Positions 39,653 to 49,486 of a stretch of DNA of 64,000 bases are shown in pieces. Every line of letters begins with the position of its first letter. The stretch's first letter is position 1. Location: positions 320,001 through 384,000 of the forward strand of contig JBGAON010000002.1 in the NCBI GenBank assembly GCA_044221725.1. The letters are read 5' to 3'. The position numbers and the translations under genes are program-made. The notes below the pieces were generated by a model. The model did not search any database. It was not told the DNA's origin and saw only the letters and a list, made by a program, of their open reading frames with translations. Source of the stretch: Elusimicrobiota bacterium (lineage in GTDB: Bacteria; Elusimicrobiota; Elusimicrobia; F11).

Positions 39653-42600
39653 ATGCGTTTTTGCGTCCATCTCCGCCGTCGTTTCCCCGCTGTTGTTGCC
39701 GGCATTTATTTCGCTACAAATTGCGCTTTTGCCCATTCACGCGAAGTAAATCTTTGGGACCAATATTCCGCGCCCACCTCCAAAAGCCCCCAGGTAATTC
39801 TGCTTCAAGACGTGCACATGAACGCCGAAGCGCAGCAAAAAATGTCGGCGTTCATCCAGCAACAGATCAACGAAAAGAAAATCGACTTTATCGGCGTTGA
39901 AGGCGCGTTCGATAAATTTGATTTGTCTCCGTTCCGCACGTTTCCCGATCAACATGTTTTGTTGAGCGTGGCACGGTCGTTTTTGAAGCACGGGCGCTTG
40001 GCCGCCGTTTCCTCAGCCGTATTGGTCTCGTGCGACATGCCAACGATTGTTGTTGGGGTCGATGATCGCCACCATTATGACGCGAACGTGAACGCTTACC
40101 GATCGGCGATAAAAGAAAGAACCTCTGCCGATCAAAGACTTTTGAGACTGGAGCAAAGTCTTGCGCGGCGAAAGACGCGTGTCTTTTCCGCGGAGCTTCG
40201 CCAATTGGACGGATTTCGCGAAGCGTACCGGAGAAAACAAATTGGCGTCGGGCCTTATATCGAAGCGTTGTCTCGTTACGCACCGGTCTCCGGCGATGCT
40301 CGGAAATTTTTGACGGCTTATCGGTTTGAGCGCGTCATTGATTTCACCGCGGGCGAGTTGCCGAAAAACAGGATTGTCGGGGAGCGCTACGTGCGTTTGA
40401 TCGACGGCATTGCGTCCAAACAATTGTTTCAAGGGTTTGATCGGATCGAGAAGCAAGCGTTTGGCGCTGTCGCAACAACAGATGCGGAAAAAAGATTGTT
40501 GCGGCAGTGCGACGTTGTGCAACTTCAGCGAAAGCTCGTGTCTTTTTCATTAACGGCGCATGAGTGGCAGCAGTACCAAGAGTTGCGTTTAACCTCCTCA
40601 AATCAACTCCATCTGGAAGCATTCGAACGGTTTTATAGAGAAGCCGATATCCGCAGCGCAAAAATGGCCGAGAAGTTAATCGTGGATGCCGAAGGCAAAC
40701 ACGCTTTAATCGTCGCCGGCGGTTTTCACACGGAAGCGATTACCGGCATTCTTCGCGACAAAGGAATCTCCTACGCCGTCTACACTCCAAAACTTAAGGA
40801 GCAACACGGTGGCCCCGACCGCACGTATTTGTCGGCTTTTGTGCGAGAGAAAACACCGCTCGATCGATTGTTCGAAGGAGAGAAATTATTTCTTAAGCCA
40901 CAACTCGGCGAAATCAACGGGCCAACGGGCGCCGAGCTTTTGATGAGCGCGCAGGCCCGCGTCGGCGATGCTGCGGGGCGCAATCCCGTTGAGATTAAAG
41001 TTCCTTTAAAAGAAAGCCTTATAGACGTTCGGGTCCATAAAGCGCCGGAGCCGGCCAACGACACGCGTGATATAAAACAAATCGCTCCAGTCGATCCCGT
41101 GGATCCACTCTTGGAAGCCGTCGGTACCGCTCTGAAATTCGATCTGAGTTATCGGGACCGCGTTAATGAAGTTGTTCTGCGACGACTTGCGCTGCGTATG
41201 CTGGAGGCATCCAAGGAAAATAAGCGACTTCATCCCATGCTGAGGGATGCCTTTACAAGAATTGTTGTGATGCCGGGCTCTCCAACGCAACGTCGTGGTT
41301 TCAAAGATCCTCTTACCGTTCAAGACATCTTTATCGGATTGGGATTGCATTTGCTTGATAAAGCGTCCCGTCGATCGGCAAACAAGTTTGGCCCAGCGGA
41401 TCTTCGGTATGTTGCCGATTTGCTGGAGGTTTATAACGAGCGTGCGAAACCGAAGCTAAGAATCGATATTCCGTGGTTTTTTAATTTGGCCTTAGCCCCT
41501 GCTTTCTATGAGAAGGATTCCTCCCGTATTTTTTTCCACTATTCACGGCAGCTGAAATATTTGCCGCGGTCACTAGCGATCGCTGCTGTTGCCACCGACG
41601 CCTTCATGAAGAACATTCATCTCGTGGATGTTTTCTTTGATAAGGCGATTGATGGTCCTTACGATTATCTCATCGGTTTGGATCATGCGCGGTTCTTAAT
41701 GGATCAATCAAAGACGGGACGAAACTCAAAACAGGAACAGATGCAGTTGTCGCTTGGTTTGGGCGCGATGTTTTCGTTGTGGGCCCATTCGTTCCTGTGG
41801 GGAACGTTAATCCATGAACGAATTTTTGGATTCACGGTGACGCACCAAAAAGCGTGGTTTGATTTTGTATCCGAGAATTTTGAGATCTTCGATACGATGC
41901 TCCGCCATTTTTATGGGCCAAAACACCGTTTCTCCGCCCGAAAAATGGTGGCGAACCAAGATCCTCTTCTGTTGGGTTTGAGTTGGTCCTTTTATATGGA
42001 GGCGGAGGAAAAAGTTTTTCCAGCGTCGCACGATCCTTTGACGGTGACCGACGCGTTCGTCACGCGCCTCAACCGGCAAGGTCGCGTGGCGATACGTTGG
42101 ATCGAAGCATTGATTTTCCGCGCGCAGCTTCCGAACGGAACTCGCGTTGCGTATCGCTATGATACCGCTGAACGCCGAAAGAAAAATATTTTTGAGGCGC
42201 TGGAGAAAATAAGCCAAGCGCCCATGTTCGTTCCTCGGCCTATTCCGGATACGCGAGATCCCGCGTACAAAATTGGTCGTTTGGTGTTCTGTATCGCCAC
42301 CATGAGAGACGAGCACGCGGCGCAGATACTGCTTAACACCAATCCGTTCGAGGTTGCTGTTCGAAAAAGCGGAAAAAACAAATGGATTCCGTGGCAGACG
42401 CTTCTTAGCGATGACGCTTTTCAGCGACGTGTGGCTCAACAAATCACAGCGCAATTTAAAAACGCGAATCTGGAATTCGCATGGACGCCCAATATCGACA
42501 ATGCGTTACGCGCGGTTCTGTTTGGTCTCGCGAACGCGTCCGCGGAATCGATTTCTCGTCGGCAATGTTTTGCCTTTTCTGGAACGAAGCCGACCCATAT

Positions 42601-45600
42601 AGAGATCCTGCTCGTGAAGTGGTTGCTCGGGTACCGACTTCCGGTGGAATTTCTTGTTCCGGAATCGCAACGAGAAAAATACGCTCCGCTGGCCAAGTGG
42701 TTGGGGAATGTCACTTTGCGCACGTTCGATCCGTCGACATTGAATACGGACAATCACGGACAGCCGGAAATGCAGTTCGATGAATTTATTCGAACATTCG
42801 AATCCGGCGATCCGAACGTTTTGTTGGTCACGTCCCGCTGGTCTATCGCGGAGGGAAACAATCACGCTCTCGATTTGTTCGCTCTTTTTGATTCTGTGGT
42901 CAGAAACCCGGCACAAACACCGGGTGTAATGCGCATCCTGGGGGCTATTCGCTCTGCGGCGACCAAAGGAGATGCGGAATCGTTTCGAACAGACAACGGA
43001 CAGGCACCGGGCGCGTGGGGACTTTGGTTGCATTTGGAAAATATGGTGCGTTGGTTTATTCGGCCAATTGCCCAGAAATTCGGCTACACCGCCCCTTATC
43101 TAACGGGATTTTCAGCGACCGAAGCGACCTATCGATTTCTGATTTATGGTCTTCTGGAATCCGCAATCGCTTTGGTTTTGTGGCTCACGTTGGGGCCCTC
43201 ATCAGCGTTGGGTGCTTCCGTTGGATTTCATTTTTTTTTTCACGCTTTCAGCGGCGTGTTTCGCCAGGATGATGAAACCGATTCGTATTTATTGGCCACG
43301 ATGGTCAACGGAAAGGGCGATCAAAATCTTTCCGATGTTACCGGCGCCTTGCTCGTTTCGTTTGCTTCAACAACTTTTCCCATTTGTGTTGGCTTTTGGA
43401 ACGAATGGCTGGGCGTATTCCTATTGATTCTCATGCATCCGTTATTAAATCTATCGGTTGTGGGCATGCGCCACCTAACGACCCGTCATTTCCACTCGAG
43501 TCGCCCCGTCGAACCGAGTTTTTTCGCCGACCAACACACGAGTTCGTTTGCTCTGTTGGGACGCACAGGAAATGTCACATCAGCAATGGCCCTCAGCGCG
43601 GATGGGAAAAAATTGTACGCGGGTTCAATTGAAATTGGTCCGCTAAACATTGGTGGGCCTTTGTCGGTCCTCGATACCGATACATACGCGACGCGCGTCT
43701 TAACGAAAGGAAAAGTAGGGAATCTTGACGTTGAGCGCCTCGTCGAGGTTTCCGGGCTCGCGGTTGCCGCTGATGGAAAAACATTGGTGGCGGTCGGAAA
43801 ATCGGGTGTGATGGGATTCGATGTTGAAAACGGTTTGGAAGTGTTTAGCGATGTGACGCCGGCGGAGGCTGTCGCCCTATTTCCCGATGGCGAAACTTTT
43901 TTGACGGCGCGGGACGGAGTGTTTGCGTACCGCATTCATCGCGGAATATTGAGCAAGCCGGTTAAATTATTTTCGTCCCGTTCTTACGTCTCCGCGCTTG
44001 CGATCAACCCGGTCAGTGGCGAATTTGCGTTTGGCGATCGGGGGGGAGATATCTCGCTCGTTGGAAACGGCCGCCCGCCTCGTCACCTATTGTCCGCGCA
44101 TAAAAAAAACGTTACGTCGCTCGAGTACTCGGCGGACGGGCAAGCACTTGTCTCGGCGTCTTTGGATGGCGATGTCTGTATTTGGGACGCTCTGTCCGGA
44201 CAGAAGAAACTGACATTGTCCATGCCATGGCCATTGCTTGTGAGTGCCGCAGCCTTCGTGCCGAACCACAGAAAAGTCGTTGCGGCTTATGTCGATGGGA
44301 CCGTGGCCGTTTGGGATTTGGAAACAGCGCAGGTGGAAAAGATATTTTCCACGCAGTTTCGTTCGATCGCGGGAAACTGTTTGCGCGTATCGGCTGATGG
44401 AAATAATATTTTTGTCGGTGGCACCGAAAATCGCGACGTTTCCAAGCCCGATTCGGCTCGAACCATTGAAGTGTGGAAAATTTTCGACGACACCACAGCG
44501 AGCGCGTCGTTGGCGGATTTAAAAAAGCCCGCTTCCATAGGAGCGTTGCCATTTTCTCATTTGGAGTCCGCGCAGCGACTGTTTCGTGAGAAGCAATTCA
44601 TCCCTGTTGAGCTTCGGTCGCTGTTTGATCGGTTGCCAACAATGGGGGCCCGGCAAGCGGCGATGATTGTCTGTTATCTTTTTCATTTGGGGAAAATCGA
44701 TTCGGGAAAACTTACGACCGAACTTCAGAAGATTATCGACGACGAATCCGCGGCAAAGAAAATTGCCGATGAAAGAAGTTTATCCGAAACGCCGATGATG
44801 GGACTCGAGCTGCACACGAGCATTGGACAAGCCGAGCGGCATGGCGCCGTGGCGCAGGCTTTGTTTGATTTTATGATGCGCGTCCCAGGGAACCTGGGCG
44901 CCTCCGGAGAGCTCTCCATCCGGACGTTGTTCGAAGATGGTGGGCTCGAAGTTCAAACATTGCCGTCGTTTGCGTGGCAGACACAGGCGCGCATCTGGGA
45001 ATTGTGGGAAGACGTTTTTGAAGCGGAGCGCATTCCGCTCACGTTTCCCGTGGATTATCAAACCAATACCTCCGAATGTTGGGTTCACCTTAACTTCAAT
45101 GGGGCCGTCCACGACAGTAATCTCGAGTACGGAATCTATCGTTGGCTCGCGATTAACGGGGATTTCGATTTGTTGCGTGGTCAAAAGGTGCCATTCGGTC
45201 GAAGCCAAAGATATTTTGCATGGAACGTGCGTTATCCGACCGGGTCTCGGTTGGGGGGCTATCGAACCGAAGTGGTTGGGCTTGTTACAACCAAAGCTAT
45301 CGCCCGTGAATTCGACGACCCGCGATTGTTTGACGCGAACGCGTTTCGCGCGTATCGCTCCCGTTTGTTTAAAGACCTGTTCGAATTGGTTCGTGAAATT
45401 AAATCGCCACCGATGGTTCGATCGCTACAGGCGCATATTGCTGACCTTCCCTATGATTTTTTCGCTCTCACGTCTGCGATCCCATGGACCCAGGATCGTG
45501 CTCAAAACATCTCGATCCAACACGAACGGGAGGCCCGATACGAAGCCTTTCGTGACTCTGCGGATCACGAGCCAATTATTGGAGATAGGAAAACAGGCGA

Positions 45601-46429
45601 GCGGCTCGTTTCAAGCCGCTTTCATACCGATTTCAGCGTTGATGAATCACAATTGGAAGGATATTTGCCCAACAGACGATTATCGATTGTGGTGAAGCCT
45701 ACGGTCCGGCCCTCAAATGTTTTTAAACGTGAGATGGTGCTGGCGATGACCCCCGACGTGTTAACAAAGAGCATTCCACTGGACGGTGGCTTAAAAGAAG
45801 GAGATGAGGTGGTTTTTCACGATGCAAACGGTGCGGAATTGTCTTCGGTTCGAGCCACCATTGGAAAAACGCGGATTCATCCAAAAACACTGCGTCCATT
45901 TCCGGCGACCGTGATATTCGAGCCAAAAGACGGCGCAACGCCGGAGAAACCGGCGCCTCGATATTATTGGAAAATCAAAGCGGAAGACGTGTTTATCGTC
46001 ACGGCGCTTTTCGTGGCCGTCTTGACGGACAATAATTGGATTCCGTTTTTGGCGTTCGTATTGTTCGTTCTGTCTCACTTCAGGAATATGAAACGCGACG
46101 GCGCGTACCACACGCGCGACAATTTGTTGACCTATTTCATTTCGTTGCAGGTCTTCTCGGCGTTGTTGTTTGTCGCGTTTGCAATGCCGTGTTACACGAT
46201 TGCGTCGAGCGAAATCAGTAAGGGGTGGAAGATTGTGCCGGTGCTCTGGCTGCTGGTCGCCTCCGAACTGCATACACGCTACAGCCTATGGGCGCACGAG
46301 CGTATCGCTAACGGAACAACCAACGGATTTTTGCTGGCCCCGCTTATGATACCGCGCGGCGATTTCAGACCCGGAAAAGTACGGTTCGCGAGTCTTCAAA
46401 GCCGACTGAAAACCGAACAATCCAGCTAG
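39653..46429 (+). CDS. Giant exported multidomain membrane protein (TIKI/TraB-like, CPBP-like x2, WD40, amidoligase-like)
   Basis: 2258-aa ORF with a signal peptide, clear WD40 repeats (SLEYSADGQALVSASLDGDVCIWD) and two hydrophobic clusters. The other domain calls are motif inference. Confidence 0.8.
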   Translation: MRFCVHLRRRFPAVVAGIYFATNCAFAHSREVNLWDQYSAPTSKSPQVILLQDVHMNAEAQQKMSAFIQQQINEKKIDFIGVEGAFDKFDLSPFRTFPDQHVLLSVARSFLKHGRLAAVSSAVLVSCDMPTIVVGVDDRHHYDANVNAYRSAIKERTSADQRLLRLEQSLARRKTRVFSAELRQLDGFREAYRRKQIGVGPYIEALSRYAPVSGDARKFLTAYRFERVIDFTAGELPKNRIVGERYVRLIDGIASKQLFQGFDRIEKQAFGAVATTDAEKRLLRQCDVVQLQRKLVSFSLTAHEWQQYQELRLTSSNQLHLEAFERFYREADIRSAKMAEKLIVDAEGKHALIVAGGFHTEAITGILRDKGISYAVYTPKLKEQHGGPDRTYLSAFVREKTPLDRLFEGEKLFLKPQLGEINGPTGAELLMSAQARVGDAAGRNPVEIKVPLKESLIDVRVHKAPEPANDTRDIKQIAPVDPVDPLLEAVGTALKFDLSYRDRVNEVVLRRLALRMLEASKENKRLHPMLRDAFTRIVVMPGSPTQRRGFKDPLTVQDIFIGLGLHLLDKASRRSANKFGPADLRYVADLLEVYNERAKPKLRIDIPWFFNLALAPAFYEKDSSRIFFHYSRQLKYLPRSLAIAAVATDAFMKNIHLVDVFFDKAIDGPYDYLIGLDHARFLMDQSKTGRNSKQEQMQLSLGLGAMFSLWAHSFLWGTLIHERIFGFTVTHQKAWFDFVSENFEIFDTMLRHFYGPKHRFSARKMVANQDPLLLGLSWSFYMEAEEKVFPASHDPLTVTDAFVTRLNRQGRVAIRWIEALIFRAQLPNGTRVAYRYDTAERRKKNIFEALEKISQAPMFVPRPIPDTRDPAYKIGRLVFCIATMRDEHAAQILLNTNPFEVAVRKSGKNKWIPWQTLLSDDAFQRRVAQQITAQFKNANLEFAWTPNIDNALRAVLFGLANASAESISRRQCFAFSGTKPTHIEILLVKWLLGYRLPVEFLVPESQREKYAPLAKWLGNVTLRTFDPSTLNTDNHGQPEMQFDEFIRTFESGDPNVLLVTSRWSIAEGNNHALDLFALFDSVVRNPAQTPGVMRILGAIRSAATKGDAESFRTDNGQAPGAWGLWLHLENMVRWFIRPIAQKFGYTAPYLTGFSATEATYRFLIYGLLESAIALVLWLTLGPSSALGASVGFHFFFHAFSGVFRQDDETDSYLLATMVNGKGDQNLSDVTGALLVSFASTTFPICVGFWNEWLGVFLLILMHPLLNLSVVGMRHLTTRHFHSSRPVEPSFFADQHTSSFALLGRTGNVTSAMALSADGKKLYAGSIEIGPLNIGGPLSVLDTDTYATRVLTKGKVGNLDVERLVEVSGLAVAADGKTLVAVGKSGVMGFDVENGLEVFSDVTPAEAVALFPDGETFLTARDGVFAYRIHRGILSKPVKLFSSRSYVSALAINPVSGEFAFGDRGGDISLVGNGRPPRHLLSAHKKNVTSLEYSADGQALVSASLDGDVCIWDALSGQKKLTLSMPWPLLVSAAAFVPNHRKVVAAYVDGTVAVWDLETAQVEKIFSTQFRSIAGNCLRVSADGNNIFVGGTENRDVSKPDSARTIEVWKIFDDTTASASLADLKKPASIGALPFSHLESAQRLFREKQFIPVELRSLFDRLPTMGARQAAMIVCYLFHLGKIDSGKLTTELQKIIDDESAAKKIADERSLSETPMMGLELHTSIGQAERHGAVAQALFDFMMRVPGNLGASGELSIRTLFEDGGLEVQTLPSFAWQTQARIWELWEDVFEAERIPLTFPVDYQTNTSECWVHLNFNGAVHDSNLEYGIYRWLAINGDFDLLRGQKVPFGRSQRYFAWNVRYPTGSRLGGYRTEVVGLVTTKAIAREFDDPRLFDANAFRAYRSRLFKDLFELVREIKSPPMVRSLQAHIADLPYDFFALTSAIPWTQDRAQNISIQHEREARYEAFRDSADHEPIIGDRKTGERLVSSRFHTDFSVDESQLEGYLPNRRLSIVVKPTVRPSNVFKREMVLAMTPDVLTKSIPLDGGLKEGDEVVFHDANGAELSSVRATIGKTRIHPKTLRPFPATVIFEPKDGATPEKPAPRYYWKIKAEDVFIVTALFVAVLTDNNWIPFLAFVLFVLSHFRNMKRDGAYHTRDNLLTYFISLQVFSALLFVAFAMPCYTIASSEISKGWKIVPVLWLLVASELHTRYSLWAHERIANGTTNGFLLAPLMIPRGDFRPGKVRFASLQSRLKTEQSS

Positions 46430-46491
46430 AACCAGAATGATTTCCGTTATTGATCCTGCTCGATCGAAGTATTAGGATCTCGCCCTGTTTC

Positions 46492-46622
46492 GTCCTCCTA
46501 CGCCCTGATGGGCTTCGGAGGACACCCTTCGCCTTTATTAATGTTGCTTCGGTTCGGAGCAATTGGTGGCCTGCCACCCGTAGCTCCGAACGTCGTAGTT
46601 TTTAGTGAGGAGCGAAGGGTGG
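46492..46622. repeat. Nested REP-like palindromes abutting tRNA-Cys
   Basis: GTCCTCC/GGAGGAC, CCACCC/GGGTGG, GTTCGGAGC/GCTCCGAAC and ACCCTTCGC/GCGAAGGGT arms. Confidence 0.7.
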
Positions 46623-46694
46623 TGCGGTACCCAAGTGGCCTAAGGGGAGAGTCTGCAAAACTCTTATTCGTCGGTTCAAATCCGACCCGCACCT
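46621..46694 (+). tRNA. tRNA-Cys(GCA)
   Basis: GGTGCGG/CCGCACC acceptor stem, anticodon loop CTGCAAA, GGTTCAAATCC. Confidence 0.95.
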
Positions 46695-46749
46695 TGAATT
46701 TTTTTGTTGCAGAGAGGAAGTCGTTAGGTGTCTTTAAAAGGAGCTTAAG

Positions 46750-47469
46750 ATGAATGCACGCAAGAGAGTGGTGTCCGCAGCAGCCCTGGCAGCAGTTTTG
46801 GCTTTGGTTGGTTGTGTCAGCGCAAACAAGTACAAAAAGTTAGAAACCGACAGCAAAGCGCAGCAAGATGCTCTCGCCGCGAAGAACACGGCGCTCGCAC
46901 AAGAATTGGCGTCAATGAAAGATGCGAACGCATCGCTGAGCCAGCAAGCCGAGCAGCTCAAAAAATCGAGCGAAGACACAAAGACGCAATACGACGCCGT
47001 ATTGAACCAACTTCAAAACGAAGTACAAGCCGGCAATCTTAAAGTTACCCAGTATCAGAACATGCTGACCGTGGACGTCGCTGAGCAGATCTTTTTCACC
47101 TCCGGCAGTGCGAAATTGAAAAAGGGCGGCCAAGACGTGCTCCGCAAAGTGGGCGCGGCGTTGATTGGTTATCAGGACAAGATTATTCGCGTCGTCGGGC
47201 ATACCGATAATATTCCTCTTGGAAAAGCCGGTCAGGCAATTTTCCCCAGTAACTGGGAACTGTCGGTGATTCGAGCCACAAACGTCGTCCGCTTTTTGCA
47301 GGACGAATGCAAAATTCCGCCCGAACGCCTCGTTGCCTCCGGGCGTGGGGAATACGAACCGGTGGCGCCGAACGACACGCCGGAAGGCCGACAGAAAAAC
47401 CGACGTATTGAGATTATGTTGATTGATAAGAGTGTTGTTCAGGCGATGCAAGGCAAACCCAAACAGTAG
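46750..47469 (+). CDS. OmpA/MotB-family peptidoglycan-binding lipoprotein
   Basis: Lipobox LVGC, coiled coil, GHTD, NWELS..RA, NRRIEI. Confidence 0.9.
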   Translation: MNARKRVVSAAALAAVLALVGCVSANKYKKLETDSKAQQDALAAKNTALAQELASMKDANASLSQQAEQLKKSSEDTKTQYDAVLNQLQNEVQAGNLKVTQYQNMLTVDVAEQIFFTSGSAKLKKGGQDVLRKVGAALIGYQDKIIRVVGHTDNIPLGKAGQAIFPSNWELSVIRATNVVRFLQDECKIPPERLVASGRGEYEPVAPNDTPEGRQKNRRIEIMLIDKSVVQAMQGKPKQ

Positions 47470-47472
47470 TCG

Positions 47473-48270
47473 ATGAAATATCTCTTGGGTTCACCAAAGA
47501 GTTTTAAAAGGGCAATCCCGTTGTGCGGGATTGCCCTTTTGTTTCTATCGGCGCCATCGTTTGCGCTTGTTGATGAGAACACCGGTTGGACGTACATGAT
47601 CCAAGCGGCGTTTGCGCCGCTTGCCATCGATGCTGTCTCAACGGTCAAAGGGCAATCGGCGTCGTTTGTTACAAATTCGAGCGATTACCTTGGTTTCGAT
47701 ACCAACGGAATCAAGGTGCGGCTTGAGGCATGGAAAGGGCGTTGGGGAATTACCGCGGATAACACACTGGCGAACTTTTCCGCTGAGAGTCGCATTGATA
47801 ATGCCAACACCGTGAAACTGAAGGGATACGATGCCAGCACCGAGCTGGGTGGAAGTTATTTGATTGCCAAACAGTCGTTCGGGCAAACGGCTGGCATGAT
47901 GTACGAAGGAATGGCCGGTGGTCGATTCGTCGCGTTGCGACAGGAATTGGATTATTCGTCGGGCGTCAGTGTCGCCGATAAAAAAGCTTACGTTGATCCG
48001 TATGTGGGGGCACGAATCACATGGATCATGAGCCGCATATGGAGTTTTGATGTGCGCGGGAACGTCGGTGGATTTGGGCTTGGTTCGGGATCCGAACTCA
48101 CGTGGATGGTAATGCCAGAGGTCAACCTGCATATTTCGGATTCGTTTATCGTTAATCTGGGGTACCGGAATTACGATGTGCGCACCGAAAAAGAAACCGG
48201 CAGTGAACCCACGCAATTTGATGGACGTGTTTATGGCACATTCCTTGGTGTGGAGGTTCGATTGCAATGA
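47473..48270 (+). CDS. Outer-membrane beta-barrel
   Basis: Signal peptide; VDPYVG, GNVGGFG and GYR motifs shared with 54765..55529. Confidence 0.75.
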   Translation: MKYLLGSPKSFKRAIPLCGIALLFLSAPSFALVDENTGWTYMIQAAFAPLAIDAVSTVKGQSASFVTNSSDYLGFDTNGIKVRLEAWKGRWGITADNTLANFSAESRIDNANTVKLKGYDASTELGGSYLIAKQSFGQTAGMMYEGMAGGRFVALRQELDYSSGVSVADKKAYVDPYVGARITWIMSRIWSFDVRGNVGGFGLGSGSELTWMVMPEVNLHISDSFIVNLGYRNYDVRTEKETGSEPTQFDGRVYGTFLGVEVRLQ

Positions 48271-48839
48271 GGGTCTTTCGTGAATTGAAATTTAACGTCG
48301 GTGCGTGTCTTGCCGCGACGCTTGTTCTCGGTTGTGCAACGACTGGGAACGTGAAAACCGATTTCGACGAAAGGGCCGATTTCGGAAAATTTAAAACGTA
48401 CGCGTTTCTGCCGCCGAAGGAAATCGACGGCGCCGGTGTTTTATCCAATTCGATTGTGCGGCAACGCGTCGAGTCGCTGATCAGTGAAAGTCTGGATGGC
48501 AAAGGATTGAAAAAAAACACGGATGCGAACAGCGCTGATTTGCTCGTGCAGTATTGGGTTGGAATAAAAGAGAAACAAGATGTCGCGAGCACGCCGACGA
48601 GTCCTGGCTATTATGGCGCCTACAATTACGGTCATTGGGCCGTTTCTTACAATCAATACGTGACGTACGATTACCGCGAAGGCACGTTGATCGTTGATCT
48701 CATCGATCGCGCGACAAAAGATCTCGCCTGGCGCGCGTATTTGGTTCAAACGCTCGTGGATAGTAAGGAAGAAAACTTTAAGACCGCGCAAAAGTCGATG
48801 CAAAAAGCCTTCGCGAATTACCCGCCGAAAAAGAAATGA
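48267..48839 (+). CDS. DUF4136-like lipoprotein
   Basis: Lipobox VLGC; DF..FKTYAF; EGTLIVDLID...W. Confidence 0.8.
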   Translation: MRVFRELKFNVGACLAATLVLGCATTGNVKTDFDERADFGKFKTYAFLPPKEIDGAGVLSNSIVRQRVESLISESLDGKGLKKNTDANSADLLVQYWVGIKEKQDVASTPTSPGYYGAYNYGHWAVSYNQYVTYDYREGTLIVDLIDRATKDLAWRAYLVQTLVDSKEENFKTAQKSMQKAFANYPPKKK

Positions 48840-49447
48840 AAAGTATCCACTTGAGAACCGGTATCACTCTTGCTTTTCTGGCGATCGGGGGTGTGGGCGC
48901 CCTTCATGCAGAGTCGGTTGAGATCGCGCCGTTTTATGGTTTGCGTTTTGGTGGAAATCTCGTGAACGATGCGACCGGTGATCCGATCCATCTCGATGCG
49001 GCGGGCGCGCTTGGTGCGACGGCGAACATTCCATTGCCGGGCCTGCGTGAGAAATTGGAGTTGCTGTACAGTCACCAGTCGTCGGGATTTTCGAGTGGCG
49101 GAATTGGCTCGATCGATGTGGATGTGGACGTTTATCAGGCTGGACTCCTGAAAGAGTACATGACCGAAGTTGATAAGTTTCGTCCGTTTCTTGTCGGGAC
49201 GCTCGGATTAACGCATTTCGCGTTTGAGAGCCCCTTCAACGATAAAGATCTTTTCTCGGTGGGGCTCGGCGGCGGATTCAAGTATCTGGCCACCGAGCAC
49301 GTCGGTTTTCGGCTCGATGCACGGGCTTATGTTTCGTTTGTTGAAGGCAGCGGTTCAATCGCCTGCGGAAACGGATGTGTGGTCCACTATCAGAGCTCGA
49401 CGTTCATTCAAGGGGAAATCACGCCGTCGGTTGTCGTTAGCTTTTAA
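48836..49447 (+). CDS. Small outer-membrane beta-barrel
   Basis: Signal peptide, PF.G..FGG, amphipathic strands, C-terminal Phe. Confidence 0.75.
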   Translation: MKSIHLRTGITLAFLAIGGVGALHAESVEIAPFYGLRFGGNLVNDATGDPIHLDAAGALGATANIPLPGLREKLELLYSHQSSGFSSGGIGSIDVDVDVYQAGLLKEYMTEVDKFRPFLVGTLGLTHFAFESPFNDKDLFSVGLGGGFKYLATEHVGFRLDARAYVSFVEGSGSIACGNGCVVHYQSSTFIQGEITPSVVVSF

Positions 49448-49486
49448 TTTGCAACAATCAGTCGCACTTACCAAAAGGAGACGCCC

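Noticed and set aside
46508..46753. 81-aa ORF (and 46498..46692 on the - strand)
   Set aside because: They overlap tRNA-Cys and the palindromes.
46750..47469. Flagellar stator MotB
   Set aside because: It has a lipobox rather than the Asp-bearing TM helix, and there is no motA neighbour.
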